A stretch of DNA of 64,000 nucleotides from an uncultured Pelagibacteraceae bacterium (GTDB taxonomy: Bacteria; Pseudomonadota; Alphaproteobacteria; Pelagibacterales; Pelagibacteraceae): NCBI GenBank assembly GCA_902592715.1, contig CACJFS010000005.1:10489-74488 (forward strand), in the 5' to 3' direction. The notes under the pieces were generated by a model. It saw only the letters and a list, made by a program, of their open reading frames with translations, was not told where the DNA came from and did not search any database. Each line of letters begins with the position of its first letter. Position 1 is the stretch's first letter. The translations under genes and the position numbers were made by a program. Below, piece after piece: positions 50,497 through 61,940 of the stretch.

Positions 50497-53374
50497 ATGC
50501 TTAAAAAGATAGTTATTAAGGGTGCAAAAGAGCACAATTTAAAGAATATATCGCTAGAGATTCCAAAAGAAAAATTTGTGGTTATAACTGGTCTATCTGG
50601 ATCAGGAAAATCCTCTTTGGCATTTGATACAGTTTATGCCGAAGGTCAGAGACGATATGTTGAAAGTTTGTCAGCTTATGCAAGACAGTTCTTGGATAAA
50701 ATGAAAAAACCAAATGTTGATTTAATAGAGGGATTAAGTCCAGCAATCTCAATTGAACAGAAAAATACATCTAAAAATCCAAGATCTACTGTTGCAACTG
50801 TTACAGAAATTTATGATTATATGAGAGTGCTTTATGCAAGAGCAGGTATTCCTTACTCTCCATTTACTGGACTACCAATCACTTCTCAAACTATAAGTCA
50901 AATTGTTGATAAGATTAAAACACTGCCAAAAAAATCAACAATTTTTTTTATATGCACCAGTAGTTAGAGGAAGAAAAGGAGAATATAGAAAAGATATTCT
51001 TGGATACAAAAAAAGAGGTTTTAGAAAAATCAAAGTTGATAACAAACTATATGATATTGATGACGTTCCAGAACTTAATAAAAAATTAAAACATGATATA
51101 GCAGTTCTAGTTGATAGAATTGTTTTAAACGCTTCACTAGGAAACAGATTAGCAGAAAGTGTTGAAACTGCAGTTAATCTTGCAAACGGATTAATGTTTG
51201 TCGAATACGAGGATGAAACTCTTCCAAAAAAATTTAGAAAAACTGAAAATTTAATTTTTTCGACTAAATTTGCTTGTCCTGAAAGTGGTTTTACTATTGA
51301 AGAAATAGAGCCAAGACTTTTTTCTTTTAATAGCCCATACGGAGCATGTGAAGAATGTGAAGGTATCGGAGTTAAACTAAATGTAGATCCAAAATTAGTT
51401 GTTCCAGATGAGAAAAAAACTATTGCAGATGGAGCTATAGAACCTTGGTCAAAATCTTCTTCTTTATATTATGCTCAAACTTTAGCATCTATAGCCAAGC
51501 ATTATGGATTTTCATTAAATGATAGATGGGCAAGACTATCAAAAAAAATTAAAGATGTAATTTTGTTTGGTTCTGATGATGAAGAAATAAAATTTTCTTA
51601 TGACGATGGGTATGAGAAATACTCTCATAAAAAAACGTTTGAAGGAGTAGTAAATAATTTGGAGAGAAGATTTCTAGAAACTGATAGTGATTGGAAAAGA
51701 GAGGAAATATCTCAGTATCAATCAGATACAAAATGTGAGAGATGTAACGGGCACAGATTAAAGGATGAAGCTCTTTGTGTTAAAATTAACGAACTTAATA
51801 TTAGTGAAGTAACAGAAAAATCTATATTTGATGCCAAAGAATGGTTCAAATCACTCGAAACAAAATTAGATAAACGTCAACTTAAAATTGCTCAACATAT
51901 TTTGAAAGAAATAAATGAAAGATTAAACTTTCTATTAAACGTTGGTCTTGACTACTTAACTTTGTCAAGAGAATCTGGAACTTTATCAGGTGGTGAAGCA
52001 CAAAGAATAAGACTAGCTTCGCAAATAGGTTCAGGATTAACAGGTGTATTATATGTTCTAGATGAGCCTTCTATTGGATTGCATCAAAAAGATAACGTTA
52101 AATTAATAGACGCATTAAAAAGACTTAGAGATTTGGGAAATACGGTCATAGTTGTTGAACATGACACTGAAACAATGGAAAATGCCGATCATATTATTGA
52201 TTTAGGTCCTGAAGCAGGAAATAAAGGTGGTGAAGTAATTGCTCAGGGATCTTATAAAGATATTTTGAATAATAACGACAGTATTACTGGAAGATATTTA
52301 TCTAATAAAAGCTTCATACCAATCCCAAGAAATAGAAGACTTGCAAAAAATGGAAGATTTTTAGAAATTAATGGAGCAACTGGAAATAATTTAAACAACG
52401 TTAATCTTAAAATTCCATTAGGAAGTTTTACATGTGTAACAGGTGTATCTGGAAGTGGAAAATCAACATTGATACTTCAAACACTATACAGCGCTCTAAA
52501 TCTTACTTTAAATAATAATAAATCAAGAAAAATACCAAAACCTTTTAGAGGTTTTAAAGGAATAGAATTAGTTGATAAAATTATAGATATAGACCAATCA
52601 CCTATCGGTAGAACACCGAGATCAAATCCTGCAACATATACAGGTGCATTTGGTCCCATAAGGGATTGGTTTACTAATTTGCCAGAGTCTAAAAGTAGAG
52701 GATATAAACCTGGAAGATTTTCTTTCAATGTAAAGGGTGGACGGTGTGAAGCTTGTGAAGGAGATGGTGTTATAACATATGAGATGCATTTTTTACCTGA
52801 TGTATATATCACTTGCGATGAATGTAAGGGAACTAGGTATAATAGAGAGACATTGGAAATTAAATTTAAAGATAAAAGTATTGCAGATGTTTTAGCAATG
52901 ACAGTAGATGAAGGTTGTGAATACTTTGAAAACATTTCAAATATTAAAACAAAACTACTCACACTGAAAAAAGTTGGTCTTGGGTATATAAAAATTGGAC
53001 AACAAGCAACAACCCTATCTGGTGGTGAGGCTCAAAGAATTAAATTAGCAAAAGAATTATCGAAAAGATCAACCGGAAGAACAATTTATATTTTAGACGA
53101 ACCAACAACAGGCTTGCATCAGCATGATATTAAAAAATTATTAGAAATATTACATACATTTGTTGCAACAGGAAATACTGTGGTTGTTATAGAACATAAT
53201 TTAGATGTTATAAAAACAGCTGATTATATTGTTGATATGGGTCCAGATGGTGGTGTTAAGGGAGGAAATATCATTGCAGAAGGAAAACCTGAGGAAATCA
53301 TTGATGTTAAGGAGAGTTATACTGGTAAATTTTTAAAACCTTTATTGGACAATAAGTTCAAAAAAACTGCTTAA
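50497..53374 (+). CDS. uvrA: Excinuclease ABC subunit A, interrupted by a +1 frameshift in T8 (50942-50949)
   Basis: GLSGSGKSS in ORF 50497-50967; continues in another frame ([12 protein letters not shown], two [14 protein letters not shown]); removing one T fuses the two ORFs. Confidence 0.95.
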
Positions 53375-53408
53375 GTTTCAACCAAAAATAGTATAAATTG
53401 GAAAAATT

Positions 53409-54011
53409 ATGACATCGATTCTTCAATCATTATCAAAAACAATTCACATTTCTTTAGCTTTATCTATTCTATTATTTGTAGGTTTATACTTTGGAAATGG
53501 TGGTTTTGATATTGATCAAGTTTTTTGGAGTTGGTTATTTAGATATATACATGTCATCGTTGCAATAATGTGGATTGGATTACTTTGGTATTTTAATTTT
53601 GTTCAAATACCTAACATGGCAAAAATTCCAGACGAACAAAAACCAGCTATTGGAAAAGTTATAGCTCCTGCAGCTCTTTTTTGGTTTAGATGGGCAGCTT
53701 TAGTTACAGTAGTATCAGGACTTATTTTAGCTTATTTAAACGGTTATGTTCATCAAGCTATGACATTAGGAATTGGATCGGGTGGTGGAAAAGCAACTGC
53801 CATAGGAATTGGTATGTGGTTAGGAATTATAATGGCATTTAATGTGTGGTTTGTAATATGGCCTAATCAGAAAAAAGCTTTAGGTATTGTGGAGGTTGAA
53901 GCTGACATTAAGGCTAAATCTGCAAAAACAGCGATGCTTTTTTCTAGAACAAATACGCTTCTATCATTGCCAATGCTTCTAACAATGGTAATTGCTCAAA
54001 ACCTATATTAA
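53409..54011 (+). CDS. Urate hydroxylase PuuD-like membrane protein (N-domain only)
   Basis: RYIHV...WIG..YFN, WFRW, IMAFNVW.VIWPNQKK, SRTNT. Confidence 0.8.
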   Translation: MTSILQSLSKTIHISLALSILLFVGLYFGNGGFDIDQVFWSWLFRYIHVIVAIMWIGLLWYFNFVQIPNMAKIPDEQKPAIGKVIAPAALFWFRWAALVTVVSGLILAYLNGYVHQAMTLGIGSGGGKATAIGIGMWLGIIMAFNVWFVIWPNQKKALGIVEVEADIKAKSAKTAMLFSRTNTLLSLPMLLTMVIAQNLY

Positions 54012-54904
54012 TTTTTTTCTTCTTCTTTAACGATTGTTCGTTGGCTAACATTCAGTGCAACTAGAATAGGATTTGCGATATATATTGAGGAGTAAGTTCC
54101 AAAAATAACTCCTAATATCATTGCTAAAGAAAAGCCTTTGAGTATTTCACCACCAAATAAGTAGATTGATAAAAGAGCTAACAATGTAGTTACAGATGTG
54201 ATTATTGTTCTAGATAAAGTTTCATTAATTGAAATATTAGTTAAGTCAAAAATTTTAATATCAGAATACTTTCTTAAATTTTCTCTTACTCTATCAAATA
54301 TAACAACAGTATCGTTCATTGAATAACCAACAATAGTTAAAACAGCTGCTACGATAGAAAGGTTTATTTCAAGTGAGAAAATAGAAAATAAACCCAATGT
54401 AATTATAACGTCATGAAATATAGCTAAAATAGCTCCTAAGCTAAACTGCCATTCAAATCGTATCCAAATATACAAAAGCATTGCTGCAAGTGACAAACTT
54501 ATAGCTATTATTCCAGATTTTAAAAGTTCTGAGCTTACTTTAGGACCAACATTTTCTACTCTTCTAAAGTCGATTTCACCAATGGAACTAGACAATTTAT
54601 TTTTAATATTTTGAATAAATTCAGGATCATTTGAATTTTGCTTTTCAAACTTAACAATAAAGTCTGTTTCATTGCCAAATTTTTTGACTGACACGTCTCC
54701 TAAATTCATTTGATTAAAGCTATCTCTGATAAGACTAATATTATTAGTTTTATCTGTAGTTCTTAATTCAATTAAAGTACCACCTTTAAAATCAACACCA
54801 TAATTTAAACCTTTAAAAATTAAAAATACTAATGAAATTACTATTAGGATAAGTGACAATATATTAAATTTTCTATAAAATTTATTAAAAGAAATATTAT
54901 TCAT
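54008..54904 (-). CDS. secF: Protein translocase subunit SecF
   Basis: GVDFKGG, HDV, GYS.NDT.V.FDR.RE. Confidence 0.96.
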   Translation of the reverse strand: MNNISFNKFYRKFNILSLILIVISLVFLIFKGLNYGVDFKGGTLIELRTTDKTNNISLIRDSFNQMNLGDVSVKKFGNETDFIVKFEKQNSNDPEFIQNIKNKLSSSIGEIDFRRVENVGPKVSSELLKSGIIAISLSLAAMLLYIWIRFEWQFSLGAILAIFHDVIITLGLFSIFSLEINLSIVAAVLTIVGYSMNDTVVIFDRVRENLRKYSDIKIFDLTNISINETLSRTIITSVTTLLALLSIYLFGGEILKGFSLAMILGVIFGTYSSIYIANPILVALNVSQRTIVKEEEKN

Positions 54905-54905
54905 T

Positions 54906-56459
54906 TTAAAGTAACTGCTCCTTATCTTTATTTTTAACTACATATAAAGAAGTTAACAATCTTGCTATGAAATAGACTGAAAACAAAGTAGTCAAAATAC
55001 CAACACCTAAAGTTACAGAAAAACCTTTTACAGGTCCTGATCCCATAAAAAACAAAATGAATGCTGCAATTAGTGTTGTAATGTTTGCATCTAAAATAGT
55101 TGTTCTTGATTTTGTATATCCAGCATCAAATGCTATTATTGGATTTTTTTCATTTTTAGTCTCTTCTTTAATACGTTCAAAAATTAAAACATTTGCATCT
55201 ACTGCCATACCGACTGTCAAAATGATACCTGCAATCCCAGGCAAGGTTAATGTCGCCTCAAATAAAGTTAGGATACCAATTAATAAAAAGAGGTTCGAGA
55301 CTAATGCTAAATTAGCAATTAATCCAAACGCTCTATACTTATAAATCATAAATAAAATTACTAACAAGAAACCAATAAACAAAGATAAAATACCAGCATC
55401 TATAGAGTCTTGACCTAAGTCAGGTCCAACTGTTCTCTCTTCAATAATATTTAAAGGTGCAGGCAAAGCTCCAGATCTAAGTAGTAAAGCGAGATCTGTT
55501 GCAGATTGAAAAGTAAAGTCACCTGAGATTTGTCCAGAACCTCCAATAATTGGCTCTCTAATCGAAGGAGCGCTAATTATCTTACCATCTAATACTATTG
55601 CCAATTGTTTGCCAACTCCAGTACTAGTTGCTTTGCCAAATTTTTTGGCACCTACTCTATCTAAGCTAAATGAAACTACTGTTTCATTTGTTTGTGAATT
55701 CATAGTTGGCTTTGCATCAACTAGGTTATCACCACTTAAAATTATTCTTTTACTAACAATTGCATCTCTGGAACCATCTTCAAAAGATAATTTTTCTGTT
55801 CCAAACGACTCTTCATTATTTTGTGATATAAATTGAAATGTGAGATTTGCTGTTTTTCCAAGCAAAGATTTAATTCTATTTGGATCATCTAAACCTGGTA
55901 ATTCAACTAATATTCTATCATTACCTCTTTTTAGAATATTGGGTTCATTTGTTCCAACCTCATCAACTCTTCTTCTTACAATTTCTATTGCCTGATCTAG
56001 TGAAGAATTTTTTAATAAAACTAAACCATATCTAGAGTAATTTAATGAAAAAAGATTTCCATCCTCTAAAACATCAAATTCATGTGATTTATAGGTTGGG
56101 TAATATGTATTAACATCACTTTCTTTATCATTTAAAATATTTTTAACATTTTCAATTTCGTTATTCGTTGTTTCAAATGAAATTGTATTTTCTTTAAGTG
56201 AAAAATTTTTAAGAGTTATTTGCTTTTCTTTAAAATATCTTTTTAATTCAATTATTTTTGCCTGTAGTTTTTGAGTAATTACTGGTCGGTTATCTATTTC
56301 AAGAAGTAAGTAAGATCCACCCTGCAAATCTAAACCTAAATTTATATTTTTTGAAAAAAATTTATCATCAAATTTAATAAAATTTGAAAAAGCAAAATAG
56401 GAAAAGATGACTGTAAAAACAATTACTGAAACTATTCGTAATTTTGAAAAGTATAACAC
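54906..56459 (-). CDS. secD: Protein translocase subunit SecD
   Basis: LGLDLQGG, LRSGALP, GMAVDANV. Confidence 0.96.
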   Translation of the reverse strand: MLYFSKLRIVSVIVFTVIFSYFAFSNFIKFDDKFFSKNINLGLDLQGGSYLLLEIDNRPVITQKLQAKIIELKRYFKEKQITLKNFSLKENTISFETTNNEIENVKNILNDKESDVNTYYPTYKSHEFDVLEDGNLFSLNYSRYGLVLLKNSSLDQAIEIVRRRVDEVGTNEPNILKRGNDRILVELPGLDDPNRIKSLLGKTANLTFQFISQNNEESFGTEKLSFEDGSRDAIVSKRIILSGDNLVDAKPTMNSQTNETVVSFSLDRVGAKKFGKATSTGVGKQLAIVLDGKIISAPSIREPIIGGSGQISGDFTFQSATDLALLLRSGALPAPLNIIEERTVGPDLGQDSIDAGILSLFIGFLLVILFMIYKYRAFGLIANLALVSNLFLLIGILTLFEATLTLPGIAGIILTVGMAVDANVLIFERIKEETKNEKNPIIAFDAGYTKSRTTILDANITTLIAAFILFFMGSGPVKGFSVTLGVGILTTLFSVYFIARLLTSLYVVKNKDKEQLL

Positions 56460-56471
56460 TTTTTTGTTATG

Positions 56472-56756
56472 TTATTTTTTTGGTTCTGTAGAGCTTACTA
56501 AACCTTGAATTCCAGTTGCTCTGACAACTTCAACATTTACATTATCAGAAATTTGAACCTCAACTTTTTCGTTATCAATTATTCTTTCAACAGTACCAAC
56601 TATACCACCGGAAGTAATTACCTTGTCCCCTCTTTTAAGTGCTTCAACCATAGCTTTATGATCTTTTACTTTTTTTTGTTGAGGTCTAATAAGAAAAAAA
56701 TAGAAAATAACAAAAATTAAAATTAAAGGTATAAATTGTCCAATTCCAGCATCCAT
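56472..56756 (-). CDS. yajC: Preprotein translocase subunit YajC
   Basis: YF.LIRPQQK, L.RGD.V.T.GGI.G. Confidence 0.96.
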   Translation of the reverse strand: MDAGIGQFIPLILIFVIFYFFLIRPQQKKVKDHKAMVEALKRGDKVITSGGIVGTVERIIDNEKVEVQISDNVNVEVVRATGIQGLVSSTEPKK

Positions 56757-56811
56757 AACGTATCCTATTAAGTTAAGGCTATTTATCCTATCTATTATTC
56801 AAACTCAACTC

Positions 56812-58071
56812 TTAATTGATAGAAATTTTATCTATATTTGGCATATATGGCTTCAGAACATCTGGTATCAAAATAGATCCATCCTCTGTTTGATAGTTTT
56901 CCATAATAGCAATCATGGTTCTACCAACTGCCAATCCACTGCCATTAAGAGTGCCAACAAATTCTTTTGTGCTATCTTGTGCTTTATATCTAGCTTTCAT
57001 TCTTCTTGCTTGGAAAGTGCCACAAGATGAGCAACTTGATATCTCTCTATATTTGTTTTCAGATGGAAGCCAAACTTCTATGTCATAGGTTTTTTCTGCA
57101 CTAAAACCCATATCACCAGTACATAAAACAATTTTTCTATAAGGAAGTTTTAACGCGTCCAATATCATTGAAGCAGAATTAGACATTCTTTCTAATTCTT
57201 CTGAACACTTATCGTTTTCAACAATACTTACTAATTCCACCTTATAAAATTGATGCTGTCTGATCATACCTTTAGTATCTTTACCGTAACTACCTGCTTC
57301 TTTTCTAAAACATGGTGTTGATGCAACTACTCTAATTGGTAAACTATTCTTTTCTAAAATTTGATTTTTTACAATATTTGTCAAAATTACTTCAGCTGTT
57401 GGTATTAAGAACTTTCTTCCTTCACCATCATCTAACTTAATTTCAAATTGATCATTTTCAAATTTTGGCAATTGTCCAGTGCCAAACATTGTTTCAGCAG
57501 TTGCAATTAAAGGAGGTGATATTTCTGTATAACCATTTTTTTGAGTATGAGTATCAATCATAAAATTTGATATTGCTCTTTCTAATTGAGCTAATTCTTT
57601 TTTAACAAATACAAATCTTGAACCAGTTGTTTTTGTGGCTAAGTCAAAATCAAGCATATTTAATTTATCTCCTAGTTCATAATGAGTTTTTGGCTTGAAA
57701 TTAAAATCTTTTATTTCCCCTTTTTTTTCTATCTCTTTATTAGAATTTTCATCTTGCCCTACTGGGACATCGCTTAATGGTATATTAGGGATAGAAGATA
57801 AAATATCAGTAATCTGGGTCTGTAATTTTATTTGATTTTTATTAATTTCTTCAATCTTTAAAGAAAGTTCTTTTGATTTTTCAAATAAACTTTGATCTTT
57901 AGATTTTGAAATGGTTTTTTTTTCCATTTCAAATTTTTCTTTTTCTTGAATAAGCTTTCTATTTTCCCCATCTAAACTTATTATGTTATCAAGACTTATA
58001 TCAATATTTCGATTTTTAAGCTTTTCCTTAAAGTTTTCGAAGTCATTTCTGATATCTTTAATATTGTGCAT
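56812..58071 (-). CDS. serS: Serine-tRNA ligase
   Basis: LIPTAE, FRKEAGS, RQHQF, EISSCS, TLNGSG; start taken at ATG 58071. Confidence 0.97.
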   Translation of the reverse strand: MHNIKDIRNDFENFKEKLKNRNIDISLDNIISLDGENRKLIQEKEKFEMEKKTISKSKDQSLFEKSKELSLKIEEINKNQIKLQTQITDILSSIPNIPLSDVPVGQDENSNKEIEKKGEIKDFNFKPKTHYELGDKLNMLDFDLATKTTGSRFVFVKKELAQLERAISNFMIDTHTQKNGYTEISPPLIATAETMFGTGQLPKFENDQFEIKLDDGEGRKFLIPTAEVILTNIVKNQILEKNSLPIRVVASTPCFRKEAGSYGKDTKGMIRQHQFYKVELVSIVENDKCSEELERMSNSASMILDALKLPYRKIVLCTGDMGFSAEKTYDIEVWLPSENKYREISSCSSCGTFQARRMKARYKAQDSTKEFVGTLNGSGLAVGRTMIAIMENYQTEDGSILIPDVLKPYMPNIDKISIN

Positions 58072-58828
58072 TTTTTTCTGCTGCTTTCTTTTCAATTATT
58101 CCTACTGATATTATTGATAATTCATATAAAATTAATAAAGGTATGCCTAAACCAATTTGTGTGATTGGATCTGGTGGCGTTAATACAGCTGCTGCTGCGA
58201 ATATTATTACAACAACATATTTTCTTCTTTCTTTTAAAAATGTTGAATTCACAACTCCAATTCTAGCTAATAAACTTAATACTACTGGCAATTGAAAACT
58301 TAAACCAAATGCAAAAATAAGCTTCATTACCAATGATAAATACTCATTTACTTTAGCTTCCAATTGGATTGGTAAATTTGTGGCTGCACCTAAGCTCTCG
58401 AAGGATAAAAAAAACTTTATAGCTAAAGGCATTATTAGATAATAAACCAACATTCCTCCAAGTATGAAAAGAATTGGTGTGATAACCAAGTAAGGCATTA
58501 TTGCTTTCTTTTCATGATTATAAAGTCCAGGTGCTATAAATTTCCAAATTTGAATTATTATAAAGGGACTTGTAATAAAAAAAGCAGCAAAAAAAGAAAC
58601 CTTTAGGTATGTTAAAAATGTTTCTTGAAGAGCGGTAAATATTAACCTTCTATTTGTGTCGTCATCTTTTACAGCGTTTGCATATGGCTCAACTAAAAAT
58701 CCATAAATGTACTCAGAAAAATAATAACAAATTACAAATAAAATAGCTAAAAATATAAATGAATTTATTAGTCTTTTTCTAAGTTCAGTTAAATGACTTA
58801 TGAAACTTCCTTCTTTTTCTTTACTCAT
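58058..58828 (-). CDS. tatC: Twin-arginine translocase TatC
   Basis: HLTELRKR, FIAPGLY, FQLP, TPPD; start taken at ATG 58828. Confidence 0.96.
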   Translation of the reverse strand: MSKEKEGSFISHLTELRKRLINSFIFLAILFVICYYFSEYIYGFLVEPYANAVKDDDTNRRLIFTALQETFLTYLKVSFFAAFFITSPFIIIQIWKFIAPGLYNHEKKAIMPYLVITPILFILGGMLVYYLIMPLAIKFFLSFESLGAATNLPIQLEAKVNEYLSLVMKLIFAFGLSFQLPVVLSLLARIGVVNSTFLKERRKYVVVIIFAAAAVLTPPDPITQIGLGIPLLILYELSIISVGIIEKKAAEKNAQY

Positions 58829-59054
58829 CTTTTTTTTTCTCTTTGTTTTCTGATTTAGGTTTTTCGTCAATATCAGTATTTAGAGTTTCATTTGTTAAAT
58901 CACTAACTTGCCCTTGAACATCACGAACATATCTCTTGGCTGAACCAATCCATGAACCAATTTTTTTTAACATGTAGGGAAAATCCTTAGGACCTACTAC
59001 AATAATTGCTATTGAGACTATGATTAATATTTCTAGCCAGCCAATTGACGGCAT
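58821..59054 (-). CDS. tatB: Twin-arginine translocase TatB
   Basis: IGW.E, V.GPKD.P. Confidence 0.93.
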   Translation of the reverse strand: MPSIGWLEILIIVSIAIIVVGPKDFPYMLKKIGSWIGSAKRYVRDVQGQVSDLTNETLNTDIDEKPKSENKEKKKDE

Positions 59055-59057
59055 TTG

Positions 59058-59255
59058 TTATTCTTTTTTATTTGAGTCTTGATTTTCTGAAATATTTTTA
59101 GTTTGGTCTTCATCATTAACATCTGTAGCCATCCCTTTTTTAAAACTTTTAATTCCTTTAGCTACATCACCCATTAGGCTAGAGATTTTTCCTCTACCAA
59201 AAAGTAAAACAACTAAAATTACTACAATTGCTATTTGCCAAAATCCTATACTCAT
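59058..59255 (-). CDS. tatA: Twin-arginine translocase TatA
   Basis: LLFG.GK, GI.SFKKG. Confidence 0.95.
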   Translation of the reverse strand: MSIGFWQIAIVVILVVLLFGRGKISSLMGDVAKGIKSFKKGMATDVNDEDQTKNISENQDSNKKE

Positions 59256-59298
59256 GAATTATTTATAACCTTATTCTTGATTTATTAAAAGTGATTTT

Positions 59299-59988
59299 TT
59301 AGGTTTCGTCAGATTTGAGGGTACTACTTAACATTTCGTCAATATCAGAATAAATATTTTCCTTTTTATCGACTTGTTTCTCTTTAAAAAATTTACCTGT
59401 TCCAAATATTGAAGAGTCTACACTTGATGTATCAATTAGGCCAGCTGAACCTAATTCATTCACGGTTGGTAAATCAGACAATTTTTGTAGATTAAAATGA
59501 CTTAAAAATTCATCTGTAGTTCCATATTGTATTGGTTTCCCAGGAACATTTTTTCTACCTTCGTGTTTAACCCAGTTTAACTCCATTAAGATTTCTAAAG
59601 TATTAGTTCCAAAAGCCACACCTCTTATCTCTTCAATTTCAGACCTTGTAACAGGTTGGTGATAAACAATAATAGCAAGAGTTTCGATTGCAGCTCTAGA
59701 TAATTTTTTTTCAACAGTTTTTTGTTCTGACATTAAAGAAGATAAATTAACTGCAGTTCTGAATGACCATTTATTAGATATGCAAATCAAATTAATACCT
59801 CTATTTGAGTAAAAATCTCTTAGTTTTTCCAGTGATTGTTGAATATCTGTTTGTTTTGATAATTTAGACTCTATTGTTTCAACTGAAAGAGGTTCAGCAG
59901 CAGCAAATACAATAGCTTCAATCTCTCTTTCTACATCGGTGAGTTTGGTTGGAAAACTTACAATATTATTTTTTTTAATTTTGTTCAT
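59299..59988 (-). CDS. scpB: SMC-Scp complex subunit ScpB
   Basis: EAIVFA, LSRAA.ETLAII.YHQP.TR.EIE.IRGV, YGTT..FL..F. Confidence 0.95.
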   Translation of the reverse strand: MNKIKKNNIVSFPTKLTDVEREIEAIVFAAAEPLSVETIESKLSKQTDIQQSLEKLRDFYSNRGINLICISNKWSFRTAVNLSSLMSEQKTVEKKLSRAAIETLAIIVYHQPVTRSEIEEIRGVAFGTNTLEILMELNWVKHEGRKNVPGKPIQYGTTDEFLSHFNLQKLSDLPTVNELGSAGLIDTSSVDSSIFGTGKFFKEKQVDKKENIYSDIDEMLSSTLKSDET

Positions 59989-60722
59989 TAATTTTCCTTA
60001 ATATAGATATCATCGAATAATTCTTTTTGTTTTAAAGATATATTTCCTTCTTTTACCAATTCTAAAGAGCCAGCAAAAATTCCAGCTTTACCTGTTTTTT
60101 TTAAATTGGGAGATTTATTAAATCCAGACGGAACCAACTCAGACAAATTTTTCCAATCATTAAGCGTGCCAAAGAACTCCTTTATTCTTTTAATAGCATC
60201 TTCAGTAGTAAAGACAGGTAGTTTAGGTATGTTCATGGTATGAAAATCTTTGGTCATGACAATCCCTGAATATGCTTTTAATAATTCAAATAAAGTTAAA
60301 GAAACTTTTTTATCATAAATCGACTTTACACCACTTTTAGAGCCACGCATAAAAACATCTCTACCCAGTCTTTTTCTATCTAACATTTGGGAGGATAACA
60401 ATCTAATTAACTCTAATTTTTTTAATTGTAGTTTAAGTTTCTCAGCAACTTCAAAAGCCTTAAACTCATCTTCATCAGTTTCAGGAAGTAATAATTTTGA
60501 TTTCAAATAAGTAAGCCAAGTTGCCATTAACAAATATTCAGAAGCTATTTCTAAATTTAAATTTTCTTTTTCTGTTAGATATTGATGAAATTGATCAGCA
60601 AGTTTTGTTATAGAAATTTTTTCTAAATCTACTTTTTGAGATTTAGCAAGATCTAGTAAAATTTCAAGTGAACCACTAAAATTATTTAAATTTACATTAA
60701 AGTCTAAAGAATCATCGGACAT
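59988..60722 (-). CDS. scpA: SMC-Scp complex subunit ScpA
   Basis: F.G.L..LL, YL.MA.WL..LKS..LLP, F...LEL.KEG. Confidence 0.94.
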   Translation of the reverse strand: MSDDSLDFNVNLNNFSGSLEILLDLAKSQKVDLEKISITKLADQFHQYLTEKENLNLEIASEYLLMATWLTYLKSKLLLPETDEDEFKAFEVAEKLKLQLKKLELIRLLSSQMLDRKRLGRDVFMRGSKSGVKSIYDKKVSLTLFELLKAYSGIVMTKDFHTMNIPKLPVFTTEDAIKRIKEFFGTLNDWKNLSELVPSGFNKSPNLKKTGKAGIFAGSLELVKEGNISLKQKELFDDIYIKEN

Positions 60723-60733
60723 CGTAAATCACT

Positions 60734-61687
60734 CTAACCTATAATTTTTATTAATTGTGATGTTTTTTTTGTTACAAATTTGTCTAGTTTTGGTGAGTTT
60801 TGTGCAACTGTAACCATTTCACTTAAATTTCCATTGCAATGTAAGGCTAAATTGCATCCAGCTAAAAAAGATTTTTTTACTCTAACATCAAGTTTATCTT
60901 TTAAAGCTTTCATTGAAAGATCGTCTGTTAAAATTAGATTTTTAAATTTTATTTTATTTCTTATTAAACTAATAATTTTTTTTGAATGAGTAACATTATT
61001 TTGTGGATCAATTTTTTGAAATAGCAAATGGCCTGTCATTGCAATCAATGATTTCTTATTTTTAAAAGTATAAAAATCATTTTTAACTAAATAATCCTCA
61101 TTTTTAGTTATTTTAGGAAGATTTTTATGACTGTCGACTTTAGCTAAACCATGTCCAGGAATGTGTTTCATCACTGTTGCAACACCATTTTTATGAAAAT
61201 GATTGATACAAATATCTCCCATTATTGATACTATTTTTTTATTACTTGAAAATGATCTGTCATCAATAATTTTATGAAAATTTTTTCTTTTAAGGTCTAG
61301 AACTGGAACTGTATTGATATTTATACCTAATAATTTTAATAGGTATGTAATTTGTTTAACATAAACATTATAATAGATATTAAACTTTTTTTTATCTCTA
61401 ATAAATAGTTTGCCAAAATATTCTGCTGAAAAAATAGAATTATCAATAAATTTTCTTAATCTACTAACTCTACCTCCCTCTTCATCTATCATAATAGGAT
61501 AATTTTTATTTTTAAAAATTTTTTTAATAGAATTTGTTAGTTCTTTAGTTTGATTTATAGAATTTATATTTCTAGAAAATAAAATAATTCCCCATGGTTT
61601 ATATTTTTTTAAAAAACTTATTTCCTTTTGGGTAAGATATTTACCTTTTATTCCACAAATAAAAGATCTATGGGATTTATTTGTCAT
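60734..61687 (-). CDS. nagZ: Beta-N-acetylhexosaminidase (GH3)
   Basis: ILF.RN, D.EGGRV.R, KHIPGHG...DSH, TDDL.M. Confidence 0.93.
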   Translation of the reverse strand: MTNKSHRSFICGIKGKYLTQKEISFLKKYKPWGIILFSRNINSINQTKELTNSIKKIFKNKNYPIMIDEEGGRVSRLRKFIDNSIFSAEYFGKLFIRDKKKFNIYYNVYVKQITYLLKLLGININTVPVLDLKRKNFHKIIDDRSFSSNKKIVSIMGDICINHFHKNGVATVMKHIPGHGLAKVDSHKNLPKITKNEDYLVKNDFYTFKNKKSLIAMTGHLLFQKIDPQNNVTHSKKIISLIRNKIKFKNLILTDDLSMKALKDKLDVRVKKSFLAGCNLALHCNGNLSEMVTVAQNSPKLDKFVTKKTSQLIKIIG

Positions 61688-61940
61688 TATAAAGAAGTTC
61701 CCAAAAGGAATATTTATTTTTTTTCTTATTATTTTTAAATTCTACATATTCAATAATATTATCTGTATCATTTTTTAATAATATTAGATCTTTTTCGATA
61801 ATATTAATTTTTTCATCAATTGAAGAAAGTGATCTGTAAGATTTCTTAATATTTTCATCTGAAAAATAGTATCTGGCGGTAAAAAATATAAAGAGGAAAA
61901 TTATAATAAGGAAAAAAAGATACTTTAGTTCTTTAATCAT
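61677..61940 (-). CDS. Small single-TM hypothetical protein in the argS-nagZ slot (possible minimal FtsN)
   Basis: N-terminal TM helix and about 60 soluble residues; overlaps both neighbours. Confidence 0.7.
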   Translation of the reverse strand: MIKELKYLFFLIIIFLFIFFTARYYFSDENIKKSYRSLSSIDEKINIIEKDLILLKNDTDNIIEYVEFKNNKKKNKYSFWELLYNDK

